64,000 bases of DNA from Candidatus Latescibacterota bacterium (GTDB lineage: Bacteria > Latescibacterota > UBA2968 > UBA8231): positions 1,664,001 through 1,728,000 of the forward strand of contig OZ253462.1 of NCBI GenBank assembly GCA_965261395.1, written 5' to 3'. This document shows positions 63,559-64,000 of this stretch, one piece after another (position 1 is the first letter of the stretch; each line of letters opens with the position of its first letter). The notes beneath the pieces were generated by a model. That model did not search any database, was not told where the DNA came from, and saw only the letters and a list, made by a program, of their open reading frames with translations. The translations under genes were made by a program, and so were the position numbers.

Positions 63559-64000
63559 AAGCCGCCGCCGTCGCCGCCGCCACCACCGCGGGGACCACCA
63601 CCGCCGCGGGGACCGCCCCGGCCGCCGAAGTTCCTGCGGCGCTCTTGCTGCTCTTGCATATGCGTTTTCAGCACCTCGATCTGCTCTTCGCTGAGGGTCT
63701 CGGTAAGTGCCGTCATAATCTTGCCCCGTATCTCTATTTGCTTCTCGCGCAGGGTCTCGCGCAGGGCCCGGAAATCGCCTTCGCCGCTGAACAGCTCACT
63801 CATCATCTGCTGCCGCTCTGTGTAGAGTGGCTTGAGGCTGCCCCGCAGCGCGAGCAGTTGCTCGTCGGTCACGTTGAATTTCTCCTCAAAGGCCAGCAGA
63901 CCGAAAATCTGGTCCGGCGACATGCCACCACCGCCGCCGCGACCACTCCCGCGACCACTGCCGCCCGGCTGTGCCTCAAGCGACAAAATGCTCAACAGAC
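63555..64000 (-). CDS. Gly/Arg-rich exported helical protein, Spy/CpxP-like (5' partial)
   Basis: Frame open to window edge; signal-peptide tail SLEA-QP; VTDEQ and LSEEQ (LTxxQ-like) motifs. Confidence 0.6.
   Translation of the reverse strand, partial: LLSILSLEAQPGGSGRGSGRGGGGGMSPDQIFGLLAFEEKFNVTDEQLLALRGSLKPLYTERQQMMSELFSGEGDFRALRETLREKQIEIRGKIMTALTETLSEEQIEVLKTHMQEQQERRRNFGGRGGPRGGGGPRGGGGGDGGGF

Overview
GC-rich bacterial window with two parts. About 1-47 kb is a mosaic accessory-catabolic region: 9 PhyH-type Fe(II)/2-oxoglutarate dioxygenase genes (10 domains), 3 enolase-superfamily enzymes, oxidoreductases, glycoside-hydrolase-like proteins, mgtE, surE, a TIR gene beside two orphan antitoxins, an FN3/cadherin/Calx-beta lipoprotein, an IS5(IS903)-family element interrupting a LacI gene, and a TPP-riboswitch-controlled TonB receptor + thiN unit. 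Many genes there carry frameshifts, a nonsense codon or IS scars. About 47.6-64 kb is one minus-strand operon and the best candidate for an undescribed system: a Gly/Arg-rich periplasmic protein, an ABC ATPase, an ABC permease fused to an M1-aminopeptidase-like domain lacking HEXXH, an MFP, an RND subunit, a 1563-aa RND subunit fused to an ABC ATPase whose N-terminal strand is split off by a ~168-aa hydrophobic insert, a second ABC permease, TolC and a two-repeat membrane protein. Four PhyH domains have HxG/HxS in place of HxD and are candidate halogenases. Gene content resembles Latescibacterota/Poribacteria-type (often sponge-associated) genomes, but that is inference. No rRNA, tRNA, CRISPR array or reverse transcriptase was seen. 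All family calls come from motif recognition by eye; no searches were run.
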